A program made the translations under genes and the position numbers. From assembly GCF_009914755.1 (NCBI RefSeq), contig NC_060926.1: a DNA stretch of 64,000 bases; one strand, 5' to 3'. This document shows, one piece after another, positions 13,141 through 27,541 of the stretch (position 1 is the stretch's first letter; every line of letters begins with the position of its first letter). The notes under the pieces are model-generated. The model ran no database searches and was not told the origin of the DNA. It saw nothing but the letters and a program-made list of their open reading frames with translations. The DNA is from the human T2T-CHM13v2.0 reference genome, Homo sapiens.

Positions 13141-13697
13141 TGTGGTGGACAGACCCTAAGGTGACTTCCAGTGAGTCTCCTCCTCCTGGTGTCCATACTT
13201 TTGTGCAATCCCCTTTCCTGAGTTTGTATGTGACCTGTGACTTGTTTCTAACAAATAGAATACAGCAAAGATGATGGAATGTCGTGTTTATGTTTACATT
13301 GTGCTATACAACCACTTCTGTGCAGTTGCAGAGAGATTCTCCTTGCTGGCTTGTCAAGTAAGCAGCCATATTGAGGAAGCCCGCATGATGAGGAACTATG
13401 AGCCTCTAACCTCTGTGGTGTGAGTGCGGCCTTCAGTCAACAGCCGGCCAAAAGCCATGCACTACAACAAAATAAATGTTGCCAGCAACCTCAGTGAACC
13501 TGGACACAGATCCTTCCCCCATCAAGCCTCCAGATGAGTTGCAGTTCAGTCAGCATCTTGATTGTAGCCCATAAGAGCTTCCCCACCTCAGCCATGCTCA
13601 GAAACCTGATCTGCAAAAGCAGTGACATCATAAATGCGTGTAGCTTTAGGTGACTAAGTGTGTGGTAATTTGTTACACAGTCATAGAAAACTAATAT
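13141..13697 (+). mobile_element. MLT1E/F-type MaLR solo LTR
   Basis: Starts tgtggtggacagaccctaaggtgac; contains gacttgtttctaacaaatagaata; ends gtggtaatttgttacacagtcatagaaaactaatata. Confidence 0.85.
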
Positions 13698-13939
13698 AAT
13701 ACAGTTACCAGCACATAAGCAGGGCTTACATATGGCAATGGGCCCAGCAGTCTGGCATCTTCTTTGCTGTGTCTTATCAGCTATTTGTGGTGTTTGGGGG
13801 CTTTTGAGGAGGGCTTGCATGAGCCAGTCCAAATTATTTTTAGGCGCAATTCCACCTTACAAGGAGTCAGTTTGGGGTCATGTTAGAGCTAAAAGTATTT
13901 TTTTCTTTAATCATATTATTCTTTACATTCTCCTTGCCT

Positions 13940-15010
13940 TTTAAAAAATTAATAGACTTAATTTTTTAGAATAGTTTCAGATGCACAGAAGAATTGAGCA
14001 GATAGTATAAAGAACTTCTATAACCACCCCTGCCACACACACCTGAACACACAGTTTGCCCTAGTATTAACATTTTACCTTAATGTGATACATTTGTTAC
14101 AACTGAGTTAGCCTTAATACACTATTACTCACCATTTATTAACTACAACATAATATCATGTATCCATCATTACAGTATCCTATGGAATATTTTCCACCCT
14201 AAAAACCTTCTGTGCTCTGCCTATTCATCCCTCCCTTCCCACCAACCTCTTGTGACCACTGATTTTTTACTGTCTCCATAGTTTTGCTTTTTCCAGAATG
14301 TCCCATGGTTGAAGCAACGTTTCTCTATGTTTTTTTTTTATGGCTTAGTAGCTTATTTATTTTTTATTGCTGAATAATATTCCACCGTAAGGACACACCA
14401 CAGCTTGTTTTTCCATTCATTTATTGAAGGACCTCCAGGTTTGGGCAGGTGCTGTAATCTTTTGTGTGCAGGTTTTTGTATGGATGTTAAGTTTTCAACC
14501 TACTTGATAAATACCTGGGAATTTGATTGGTATAGTAAGAGCTAGATTGTATGGTAAGACTGTGTTTAGTTTTCTAAGAAACTTCCAAGCTTTTTTACAG
14601 GGTGGCTTTGCCATTTTGCATCACCAAAGGCAATACCTGAGGGCTCCCTCTGCGCCACATTCTCCCCAGTATTGTCAGGTTTTTTTTGGACTCCAAGCAT
14701 TCTAATAAGTGGCTAGTGGTTTCTCATTGTTTTAATTTACAATCCCCTAATGACATATATGCTGAACATCTTTTTGTATGTTTATTTTCCACCTGTACAT
14801 CTTTTTTGGTGAGATGTTTGTTCAGATGTTTTGCCCATTTTTTTTTTCTTTTAAAAGTATACAGTATTTTAAAATCTTTGTATACAGTATTTTGGATAAC
14901 ATTTCTTTAGTAGATATGTCTTTTGCTAATATTTTTTCCCAGTCTGGGGTTTGTCTTTTCATTCCTTTAACAATGTCTTTTGCAGATTAGGTTTTAAATT
15001 TTGATTAGAA
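13940..15010 (-). mobile_element. L1MC/L1MB-type LINE 3' end
   Basis: ttttttagaatagtttcagatgcacagaagaattgagcaga 3' UTR, then antisense ORF2 text (ttttgcatcacca..., ctttttggtgagatgtttgttcagat). Confidence 0.8.
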
Positions 15011-15500
15011 GTGATCTATTTTTCAGTGTCATGGTTGGCTTGGGATTACCTTTGAATGCAGGAAGTGCCTGGTTTTGAAAACTCTGGGAAAAAGGCGACC
15101 AATGTGTTGCTACCCATGTTTTTCCTGTTGGCTGGTCTCAGAAACCCACACGGTATTTTAAGTACACAGAAGAACAGAAGGTTTTGGTAAATCTTACAAT
15201 TGAAGCTCAGCAGGAAACTAAATTCCCAAATGGCAAATACATAACTGACGGTTAATTTTATGCCCTCTCAAGTCTTCTTTTTCCTAATAATTCAGCTGTG
15301 TAGTCATATGAAGTGAAACCAGATAATTTAATTTGTGTTCTCAAAATTTGGATCACTTTGGCTTTTAAAGTAGTTATTAGAAGGGAACACTGTATACCTT
15401 TTCTTTTAGAACAATTATTATTATTTATTTGAGGATGGACTTCAGTGATTTTTCGCTAAAGAAGATACCCAATTGCTATAGGGTCACTGTGCAGCCCCCT

Positions 15501-15568
15501 TTCATACAGTCAAAACTTCTTTTTGTGGCAAAAAATTCATACATTCAAAACTTCTTTTTATGGCAAAA
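15501..15568. repeat. 35-bp tandem duplication, 2 copies
   Basis: ttcataca(g/t)tcaaaacttcttttt(g/a)tggcaaaa at 15501 and 15536. Confidence 0.9.
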
Positions 15569-15669
15569 GCATGTTCTTCACAATTTGGATATAACTTTCC
15601 TTCCCAAGATTATCAATTCCATTTCCACTCTACTCACGGATGTATGTGATAATACTCAAAGTTCTCAGT

Positions 15670-16350
15670 TAAACTTTGGACCTTTGCATGTGCTTTCTGC
15701 TGCTTGAAATGCCCCTTCCATCCCAATCTTTGCTTTTCCTGGAAAGTCCTACTCATCCTTCAAGGCCCATTTCAATGATCACTTCAGATCAGAGGAGGCA
15801 CTTTGCTTCCTTATAGAACTCAACCCTACATCTCTTGAGCTCCGAGCATGATATGGTTTGGTTGTGTCCCCACCCAAGTCTCATCTTGAATTGTAGCTTC
15901 CATAATTTCCATGTGTCATAGGAGGGACTTGGTGGGAGGTAATTGAATCATGGGGACAGGTCTTTCCCATGCTGTTCTTGTGATAGTACGTCTATGAGAT
16001 CTGATGGTTTTATAAAGGGGAGTTCCCCCGCACATACCCTCTTGCCTGTCACCATGTGAGGCATGTTTGCTTCTCTTTCCAGAATGATTTGCTGAGGCCT
16101 ACGCAGGCCTGCAGAGCTAACTATGTGTCAATTAAACCTCTTTCCTTTATAAATTACCCAGTATCGAGTATATCTTTACTAGCAGCATGAGAACAGACTA
16201 ATACAGAGCCCTTTCCATGGTAATTGTTTACTCCTTAAGACTTTCTCCTGGAGAGAAAGTTCCTGAAAGGAAGGAACATTTTTTTCTTTACATTTTTGCC
16301 TCTGCAGCATCCATTATGATGTTTGACTTATAGTAGCTACTCACAATGGT
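15670..16350 (+). mobile_element. L2 fragment split by the THE1 LTR
   Basis: ggacctttgcatgtgct...ctgcttgaaatgcccc...cctactcatccttcaagg before the LTR; aagttcctgaaaggaagga after it. Confidence 0.55.
15849..16205 (+). mobile_element. THE1 (C-like) MaLR solo LTR
   Basis: tgatatggtttgg...cagactaataca with TG...CA ends; 5-bp TSD gagca/gagcc. Confidence 0.95.
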
Positions 16351-17511
16351 AGCTGGAATATCACAGATAGGAGAACTCTCTCCTGCAATCCCTACCTATT
16401 TCTAGGGAAGCATCTGGTTGTGCTAATGACTCATGAAAACTTTGTGACTGCCAATCACAGCAGAAACAAAATCTTTTCCAATGTTTACTGCTTTTATGTA
16501 CTTGAAGGAAAGAGGATGGATTATTTTTCCTTTTCTGCTGGTTATTTAACAGATGTTATTCGGGTTGCACATGGATGTCACATTACATGCAAACCATACC
16601 AGTTGTTTAACGTTGGATAATCTTAAAAGGCAAAAGAAGAAACTGTAAATAATGGCCTTTCTCTAGGGATCTTTGTATTTCTTGGTGACATGCTGCTATG
16701 TAATAAAATAAATTTTCTTTGGGAGAAAGTAAGTAGGGGAGAAGATTCCTTCTTGATGAATTCTTTTATTGTTAATACATGTTCTTCTAAGCCCAACATT
16801 AACCTTGTGTTTTACTATAATATCCTGAAGATACATGTGACTTCAGTCCTGGCTAACTCATAGTATAGGATTTGATTTGTATAAATATTGACTCAACAGT
16901 TATTTGTTAAGTCAACTCAATAGGTATTTATTGACTCATTGATTCATATAGTTATTTATTGATTCAATAACCTATAAATAGGTTTTTACGGAGGAATCAA
17001 AGAGAAAAATGAATAAATTAATGAATTTAGGGGAGTTTGTCCAAGCCTAATCCTTTCTAAATAAGTGTGGCAAAATTATTTTTAGCACTTCTTTCAAGGT
17101 TTTTTGTGATGTCAGATAGGATTATAAAAAAAGAGGATGAACAGTCTTGCATATTCAACCATGTATTGTAGATTAACTTTCACGTGCAATAATGAGGGTG
17201 AGTCAGCAAGGCCACTGCATTGGCTGTACTCATTCATGGAGTGTGCGTTGAGTTCCATATCTCATCTCTGTTCAGTCTTACAATTCTGAAGGAATCTGGA
17301 GGTTGACACATGGTCACTACCCCCAGAGCTAACAATTTAGCCATATGGATTAAATGACTTATGAAACACAGAGAAAACTATCACAGGAATGAGTTGGAGG
17401 TGGGAATTATGGAAAATAGTCTGATTGGCACTGTCCCAATCCTACACATTGTTCATTTGACTCAGGTTCATTGTTGACCATTTAGCTTCTTATTTATATA
17501 TTAGATCACCT

Positions 17512-17620
17512 GTTCATTCATTAAACAATTGTGTATTGACCACTAGTATATTTCAGGTACCTTACTAGATACAAGGGCATAACAGTAAGTAAAAACATAT
17601 GCCATTCTTGGCAGTAAATG
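17512..17620 (-). mobile_element. L2 LINE 3' end
   Basis: ttcattcattaaacaattgtgtattgaccactagtatatttcaggtacc. Confidence 0.6.
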
Positions 17621-17704
17621 AAAAGCTATACCAACATCTGTTAAATCACAATTCTGGCAAAAACTGCGAAGAGAGAGGCAGCAATAAAGCCAAAGAGTAT
17701 GGCT

Positions 17705-19455
<1,751 letters not shown>

Positions 19456-20084
19456 GCATATTTATCTTTGACCCTCAGTGTCCTGTATGCTGCCTTGAGC
19501 ATTGTAACTACTTAAAAGACCTTAGGGACTGATTAGAACAAGTTTTGGAAGCACTGCAGTATATTCCATCAATAAATGGAAAATTCCGTTTACTTTTCCT
19601 GGTACCTACCCAACCATATTCTTTTAATGCTTGTTGACTATCTGATTGTAAATGAATAGGTCCTTATTTTTTCTTTAAGAGTCTTTAGTTATTTATGAAG
19701 ACATAACCTTCAAGTTTGGTCAGAACATTTAGGTTTGGCTCGTATTGAGTCAGACTCAAATCCTCATTTCTAGGCTCCTTGACCATTTCCACTTTCCACA
19801 AAACCATGTCATGTTACAGGTAGTGTGTTGTGGGAGGAGGAATGTGGATTTACAGTTTGGCCTGGATATTTGCTAACTCTGGGAACTTGGGACAGTTTAG
19901 CTGCCCTATCACTTACCTTTATGAGAATCATTTGAGACTGTGTGATGCAAACATAGATATATAATTTTTACATTAAACATTAATCGTCATTTTCTGAACA
20001 CACAGCAATAATGGGTTGGGGAAAGATAAACGAGAAGTTTTCAAAAAACAGAATCAGCAAAAAAGTGTGTTGATTTTAATTCAT

Positions 20085-20830
20085 TTTATTATTTTAAGTT
20101 ATATTTGAAAAGAGTTTACAATAAAATAGTTCTATAATACTTGTTATTAAAACAGCACTCTTCTATCTACTTCTTCATATTTTTCCCTTTCCAAAGGCAG
20201 CTACTTTCAATTCTGTTAGCTGATTATTTTGGTTTTTACTTTCGTGTTTCCAAATAACATTCTTGAATTGGTATTTAAATTAAAAAAAAATTTCATCATT
20301 TTATATTTACTTCACCTCTGGAAAATTAAATAAAAAAATCCTTCCCTTTCCTGGAACATGGGAATATTCCATATTCCCATGCATATGGTTCCCATTCTAC
20401 CATTTTCCTAATATAGTTGTGTTTTACTTAGATCAATATGCAGGGTTTAGAGATTAATGACTAAATAATTGCTATTTGTAGCAGAGCTCCATAGCAAATT
20501 CTAACTCTTTTTTTATTATAAAACTTGTATTATAGTTACGAGTCATCTTGCTTTTATATATGTTAGTTTTCAGTGTATTGATCAGGAATTTAACCTCAAA
20601 ATCTTTGCCTATTGCCTAACTCTTATACAGAATTCAGACTCATCAGCTATTTTCTCATTTTTTTTTCTCCCTATGCCTGTCTGGGAGCCTTTGGACCTGC
20701 TCCCATGTGAACAGGGTGCTTCGTATTGCTCGTTGTGTAGCTTTCATCCCAAGATATCTTCTAACTGTTATCCTGGGAATTGAAGTCATGTCTTTTCTAT
20801 GGTGATTTTTCTTTTTTCCTCTATTTCATG
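20085..20830 (-). mobile_element. Ancient L1M/HAL1-like fragment
   Basis: T-rich text with ccaaaggcagctactttcaattc...ttagctgatt, typical of old L1/HAL1 3' regions. Confidence 0.4.
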
Positions 20831-20969
20831 TCAATCTAGCACCAAGATATGAGTCAATTCACATGACAGAAGTTGTTAATCTCTTGCACAAAGTTCACCT
20901 TGGGTCTAAATGGCTCTGGATGACTCCTTAGAGCAGCTGTGTTGAACCAGCATCCAGGGTGACTTTCTT

Positions 20970-20996
20970 TGTGTGTGTGTGTGTGTGTGTGTGTGT
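20970..20996. repeat. (TG)n microsatellite
   Basis: Directly visible. Confidence 0.95.
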
Positions 20997-21149
20997 CTTT
21001 GTTGTACAGTTCTGAGTTTTGACAAGTAATAGAGCCATGGAACCAACACCACAAATACGATACAGAATAGTTCCACAACCTTCCCCCAATTCTCTTGTCT
21101 CCTACCTCTTTGAGAGCTAAACCCTCTTACATTCTTTCTTCCTTGTGAT

Positions 21150-21375
21150 AATGACTTTCATAGTGTGGTGCCACCACATTGACTTGCAAGTTTCTGTGAT
21201 TGTGGAGGCAGGGGAAGGGAACATAGAGCATCGTGCACCCACATTTAAGTGCTTCAGTCTAGAAGCAGCCAAAGCAAATTATTGAGCAAAGCAAACACAT
21301 GGCCTTGCCTAACTGCAGGGTGTGGAGAAATGTGCACTTTGAAAGAGAGGAAAACAGGAAATATGGGGTAGCCCT
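21150..21375 (-). mobile_element. Old MLT1 (J/K/L-like) LTR fragment
   Basis: tttaagtgcttcagtctagaag...attgagcaaagcaaacacatggccttgcctaactgcagggtgtggagaaatgtg. Confidence 0.55.
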
Positions 21376-21414
21376 ACATTACCGAACTCCTCTTGCCTCG
21401 CTTCAGATTCTTAC

Positions 21415-21837
21415 TGTCTCTTTCTTAATTAACCCTGCCACACTGTGATGACAAGTTCTGTGAGTACTCTGACCAGCTTCACAAGGAAGCAGTCCAGTAA
21501 GACCTAAGGTTGGGCCTGCACTGCATGCCACTTTCTTCTGGTCTTGAGCATCTTGGTCATCTGAATGGCAGATACTCCTGGAACCCACTAGATGCTCATA
21601 CATGTGCCCCCTGGAAGGGCAGGAGAGTTAGCTGCCTGGGGGGATATTTGACCAACAGCAAACAGGAATGAAACCACAAATGCTTCATTATTTTCTGGAC
21701 AGGTGTTCTGAAAAATCCCTCTTCCTCTTTCCTTGACTTTTTTTCTATGAAACTCACTGTTATTCTCCGGATCATATCTCATAATTACACATTACTCATC
21801 TCTGGCTATTCTTTCTGAATAACATGGGCTAAGACAC
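21415..21837 (+). mobile_element. Old ERVL (LTR16-like) LTR fragment
   Basis: gcaggagagttagctgcctgggggatatttgaccaa... and the end ttctgaataacatgggctaagaca. Confidence 0.4.
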
Positions 21838-21889
21838 ATTGTCTTCTACTTTCTTGCTTTTCTGCCTTGTTGTATCAGAGGAAAGGTGG

Positions 21890-23110
21890 TTCCTAAGAGA
21901 AAGTACATGGGGGGTAAATTTTTTTGTAAACTTGATGGCTGAAAACATGTTTATTTTACTCTAACTGTTGATGAGAATTTGACTTTATATGGAATTTAAG
22001 GTTGGAAACAATTTTCCTTTAGAATCCTGAGGGCATTGTTTCATTACCTTCTAGCTTTCAGCTATTGAGAAATCTAAAATCAATTTCTAACTCTCTTATG
22101 TAACTTGATTTTTATGTTTACATTTCTGAAGATTTTTGGATCATCTCTTTTTCTCAATCTGAAATTCATAAATTTGTGTTTTGTTGGGTCTATCATTCAT
22201 TGTCCTGGGCATTCAGTTCTCTTGGATTATTTTATTGCTGATTTTCATCATTGTTTTCTCTCTGGAAGTCTTATCACTCAGATACTGAACCTTCTAAACT
22301 TGGCCCTTAATTTGCTGATTGTTTGTGTGTCTTATTCATTTGATTCCTTTGTATATATGCTGGAAGTTTTCTTCAACTTTATCTTTCAAATCATCTATTG
22401 AACTTTTCATTTCTGTTATAGTTTTACATTTCTCGGAACCTTTGTCTCTTTCTTTTTGAATTTTTAAAAATATGCCTCTGTTCTTCTTTAGCATTAGCGT
22501 ATTTTTTCCTATCTATGCCAACATGCTGGGAATCAAGTGACGATGAGATACGGAGTTGTGGATGGGTCCTCAGCATCCAGTATGCCTTTATTCCCCCGAC
22601 TCCTCTGTTCTCAGTACAGGGTTAACCAACTAATCATGATCTGGTATGCTCTACTCCAGAGAATATCTGCATTTAACTCTTTGCAGGGTGGGAGGGAGAT
22701 GGTGACCCATTTGCTCAGAGTGAGGGAGGGGATCTGAGCCTCTGACTCTTCCTTTTCCAGACTTTCAATCCTTTGTACGTTTGCCATGCCACTGGCTTCA
22801 GCCGTCCTTCCAAAGGACTTGTTTTGCCAGTTTCTGAGGTTTTGAGAAATTATTTGGTGAAAATCTGGTTAGTTCTCAGCTTTTTCTCACTCTGTCTTGA
22901 AACGCAGTTCCTGAGGTCTGCTATCATTTATCACTGGTCCATCTGCTCCCCAGCTTCCAAAGTGTTATTGCCACAATCACTGCCATCATCCCTGTTCTTG
23001 AAGGTTATAACTTCAAAATATCTCTTTACTGTCATTTTAGTTGGCTTTTAAGAGAATGTAAAAATAGAGGATTATGTCCAATCAGCCATCCTTACACAGA
23101 AGTCTTCAGA
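21890..23110 (-). mobile_element. Ancient L1M/HAL1 ORF1 and 5' region
   Basis: ctgaaaacatgtttattttactct...tatggaatttaaggttggaaacaattttcctttagaatcctgagggcattgtttcattaccttctagc is antisense old-L1 ORF1 text. Confidence 0.6.
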
Positions 23111-23341
23111 TGGTCTATTTTATGAATTTATATTTTCATAATGCAATAACACCAAACATACAGCCGGCAAATTACTTTCTGGAAGATGCAAATATCTTGA
23201 AAATTCTAGCTGATGTTTAACTCACTAATGTAGTAACATATACTAAAATTGCTAAATATTTAGCCATTCCACAGAATTAAAATTGGACATTTTATGAAGT
23301 TTTGTAATGAAACTGCAGATTTCATCAGATGAGAAGGATTT

Positions 23342-23507
23342 GGGGTGTCAAGCACTATTGACATTTTGGGCCAGATAATTCGCTATTGTGGGGAGCCATC
23401 TTGTGCATTGAACGTGTTTGGCACTAGCATGCCAGTAGCACCCCTAAGTTGAGACCACCAGAAAAAGTCTCCAGACACTGCCAAAATTCTCTGTTTGAGA
23501 CCTATTG
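23342..23507 (-). mobile_element. MER20 hAT-Charlie MITE
   Basis: gcactattgacattttgggccagataatt...atgccagtagcacccc...gtctccagacactgccaaa matches the MER20 reverse complement. Confidence 0.85.
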
Positions 23508-23521
23508 TGGTATGATATAAT

Positions 23522-23749
23522 GCTGGAATCAGAAAAATCTTTTCTTTAAAGGGCCAGATAGTAAATATTTTCAGGCTTGTGACATGGTCTTTGTTGTTGG
23601 GCAGCCACTCAAATTAGCTCTTTTGGCTTGAAAGCAACCATAGATGATAATATGTAGAAAATAATAGGCATGACTGTGTTTCAATAAAACTTTATAAAAA
23701 CAGGCAGCAGATCATATTTGACCCACAGATTATAGCTTGCCAACCCCTG
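23522..23749 (-). mobile_element. MER58A hAT-Charlie MITE
   Basis: taaagggccagatagtaaatatttt...caataaaactttat...ttgccaacccctg. Confidence 0.85.
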
Positions 23750-25191
23750 ATATTGTACAAAGATCGAAGATTTTAGAGATAGTTGGTTTAAGCCACTTAC
23801 TAGCTACATAATCTCAAGTAAACTTAATAAAAATAATAATGTCTATTACTGGGGTTGTAATGGGGACCAGATGGAACCTTAAACGTGAAAGTTTCTGACA
23901 TATAGTACTATGATTCACCTTTTCTGGTCCTTGACAAAAAGGTTGTAATGAAAACAGTGTTAATGCCCATCAGAAACCCCTTGTGTGGTAATCAAATATT
24001 CCTTTCTTCTTCAACAGACAGTGAGTTCCATAAGCAAATGAATTATAGTCATCTTTGTATGCCTTTGGTCCAATCAGTGCCTGGCACAGTGTTGTTTATT
24101 GCATTCTGTTGAACTCAATGCAATTTTATCTCATATTTATATTGGTATTGGTTCTTAGAAGAAACACATCTTGATTAGACTTTTTAAAAGAAAATCTTTG
24201 CTTCTAACACTAATAGAAGTATTTTTGCCAGACAATTTATAGATCAAATAGTTTCACAGATACTTGTAAAAAACATTTTGTACTTTGCCACAACCTCCAA
24301 AGAGCTATAATGAGCATTTTCTATTATGTGTATGCTACTAGAAGCACGAAAACATAATGATATAATTTTTATATTAGAATCGATTATGTTTTAACACATT
24401 AAAACAAAACCATGTACTGCGTATTGTTACTACATACGTTTACAAAACCTGACCCTTCCTTTAGAGTCTAAGAATCTACTGCAAATATTTGTAGTACCTT
24501 TTTTTTCCTGATGAAATCTATACAATTAAATCATTTTAATTCTTCAGAAGGATTGATGTATGCAGGCAGACTTAATGTTCTGCATATTATAGGCAAGCTG
24601 AATGATTCAAAAATACTAATAATAAAACTGGGCCAAGTGTGTGGAATCCCAGAACTATTGCTAGATTTCAATTCTTATGCTTTCCCTCATGTCAAATGAA
24701 GGTGTGGAATGTGAAGAATTTAGGATATTGTCAAGCCTTAGAACAAGTGAGTCACTTTACCCTGAAACAACTTTAGAGGACAGTTTTGGGGAGAGATTGC
24801 TAATTCTAGGGAGTATTAAGGGAGCTATGTTCTGTCTTGAAAATGAAGAAAAAAATGTTGGATCTTCCAAAGAAACTGTAATATCTCTAAATTCCCAAAA
24901 GTGGAAACAAGTTTTGGTATTGATCACTTCTACCTGTTGCTTTCTTGAGGTCTTCAGAAAAGGAGAAGTATAAGCAACACTAGGTGTAAGAAATGAATGA
25001 CAGCAAAGCCAAACTCACAGCAGAGCAACCACCCACCGTGCAGGGAGGATCCAAACTCAGGTTAGGAGCTGTGGGTAAGCCGACAGCTGCTCAGCATCAA
25101 TCTTCTGCACATACTAAAGTACTACTGGTAAAAAAAATCAGAAATGTGCTATATTTCTCCATGATAATCTGTACAGAGACAGTGGCATGAC

Positions 25192-25558
25192 TGATATGGT
25201 TTGGCTCTGTGTCTCCACCCAAATCTCATCTTGTAGCTCCCATAATTCCCATGTGTTGTGGGAGGAACCCTGTGGGAGATAACTGAATCATGGGGGCGGG
25301 TCTTTCCTGTGCTGTTCTCCTGACAGCGAATAAGTCTCATGACATCTGATAGCTTTAAAAACGGGAGTTTGCCTGCGGAAGCTCTCTCTTTGCCTACCGC
25401 CATCCAAGTAGATTTGACTTGCTCCTCGTTGCCTTCCGCCATGATTGTGAGGCTTCCTCAGCCACGTGGAACTGTGAATTCTCCATTAAACCTCTTCCTT
25501 TTTAAATTGCCCAGTCTCTGGTATGTCTTTATCAGCAGCATTAAAACAGACTAATACA
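25192..25558 (+). mobile_element. THE1B MaLR solo LTR
   Basis: tgatatggtttggctctgtgtc...cagactaataca; TSD atgac/gtgac. Confidence 0.95.
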
Positions 25559-25577
25559 GTGACCCACTGAAAATTAA

Positions 25578-25922
25578 CCTCTTTTCTTCTTCCCTCCTTC
25601 CCTCTTTCCCCACTTCTCTCTCTCCTTCCCCCCTGCCCCCTTCCTCCTCTGCCCCTTCCCCCTCCCTTCCTCCCCCCTTCCCCCTTCCCCTTTCCCTCCT
25701 TCCCCTTCCCCCCTCCCTCCCTGCCCCCTTCCCCCCTCCCTTCCTCCCCCCTTCCCTCTCCCTCCTTCTCCCCTCCCTTCCTCCCCCCTTCTCCCCTCCC
25801 TCCCTCCTCACTTCCCCTTTCACTCCCTTCCCCCTTTCCCCCTCCCTTCCTCCCTCCCCCTTCCTCCCTCCCTTCTTCACTTCCTTTTTCTTTTCCTTCC
25901 TTCCTTTTTTTTTCTTTTTTCT
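25578..25922. repeat. ~345-bp C/T-rich low-complexity polypyrimidine tract
   Basis: Almost purine-free stretch of cccctt/ccctcc units. Confidence 0.95.
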
Positions 25923-26586
25923 GTAGTGATATTCCTCTATCTTTAGAGCTTCAGTTGGAATAGAAGTTATTTCTTTTACTGTTCCATGTAGAATGCATAG
26001 ACCTTTGTGATCTTAATGTCCAAGACCATCAAGCATTTCCTACGACATATAAGGCTCTATTATGGGAAACAATAGTGGACTTAATGCTTTTTGTTTGGAA
26101 GGAGGGTAAGGAAAGTGGCTTGGCCATGAGGTAGAACAGTAGATGCAGTAATGTACTACCAAGGTACCATCAGACTTCTCACCCTCATCCCCAGGACCAA
26201 CACTGCTGACTGATTACCCTTGATTGACTCCCCAGGAATTGCCCTTGACTGAGGGAAGCTGCCTCTCCCAAGGACCTGAGGACACTTCATTTACCAAATA
26301 ATAATCAATGTGCTAATGAGAGAGGCACCAGAATTTTTCAACAAGTACAAAGCGGATTGTCCTCTGTAGATCATCACTGATGGAGGGAGATGCTGTTATA
26401 GAATTGGGTTCTGTGAAAGCAATGTGGTTGATGGGATTTTGTAAGAATAGATACTAGCTGAAGGTATTTAACTGGCAAAAGCAAAGTGGGTACAATTATT
26501 ACAATGAAGAGCAATGTAGAACCAGGGAGCCTGACCTAAAAAGAGCTATGTAGATGACGAATAGAACATGGTGTTCCTTGGGACAG

Positions 26587-26910
26587 TGTTATGGCTTGAA
26601 TGTGTCCCTCAAAGTTCATGTGTTAGAAACTTAATATTTAATGCAGTGGCGTGGAGAGGTGGGACGTTTATGGGGCGATTGGGCCGGGAGTGCTCTGCCC
26701 TTATGAATGGATTAATGCACTAATGCATATTCCCTTGCTCTTCTGCATGCCACCATGGTATGATGTAGCAAGAAATCCCTCAGTAGAAAGATCCTGGCCC
26801 CTCAACCTTGGACTTCCTAGCCCCTAGAACCATAAGAAACAAATTTCTTAGTTTTAAAAATCGTCCAGTCTCAACTATTCTGTTATAGCAGCATGGAACA
26901 AACTAAGACT
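26587..26910 (+). mobile_element. MSTC-type MaLR solo LTR nested in the ERVL
   Basis: tgttatggcttgaatgtgtccctcaaagttcatgtgtt...tgttatagcagca...actaagac; perfect TSD gacag at 26582 and 26911. Confidence 0.9.
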
Positions 26911-27187
26911 GACAGGATAAAAAGGTCAGCCAGCAAGAATATCGCTTTGTCTATACAAGAAAAGAAAACAAGAATGTATGATCAGTAGAGAGAAGCCAAC
27001 TCCTCTAATAAAAAAGTCATAATCTTTTGACCAGTTCTCTAACTCAGAACCCATTGGTAAGAGGGAGATGTTGGGTCCTCACAAGGATAAACTCTGCAAC
27101 ATCGTGGCAAATATTCTCAGTAGTGATTATTCCAAGCCTTCCTCAAAGATATCTACAACCGTTTACTCAAATTCTCATATATTGAAG

Positions 27188-27541
27188 TGATATGGTTTGG
27201 GTGCATCTCCACTCAAATCTCATCTTGAATTCCCATATGTTGTAGGAGGGACCCGGTGAGAGGTAATTGAATCATCAGGGCAGGTCTTTCCCTTGCTGTT
27301 CTTGTGATAGTGAGGAAGTCTGATGAGATCTGATGGATACTATAAGGGGGAGTTTTCCTGCACAAACTCTCTTTGCCTGCTGCCATCCACATAAGGTGTG
27401 ACTTGCTCCTCCTTGCCGTCTGCCATGATTGTGAGGCCTCCCCAGCCATGTGGAACTGTAAGTCCAATTAAACCTTTTTCTTTTGCAAATTGCCCAGTCT
27501 TGGGTATGTCTTTCTCAGCAGCATGTAAGCAGACTAATACA
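27188..27541 (+). mobile_element. THE1A/B MaLR solo LTR nested in the ERVL
   Basis: tgatatggtttgg...cagactaataca; perfect TSD tgaag at 27183 and 27542. Confidence 0.95.

Noticed and set aside
25551-25880. Gly/Glu/Arg-rich 109-aa ORF
   Set aside because: Translation of the polypurine low-complexity tract
25192-27541. Two co-oriented THE1 LTRs about 1.6 kb apart, mimicking a complete THE1 element
   Set aside because: Each LTR has its own TSD (atgac/gtgac and tgaag/tgaag), and the spacer is a CT tract plus ERVL and MSTC sequence, not THE1-int; these are independent solo LTRs
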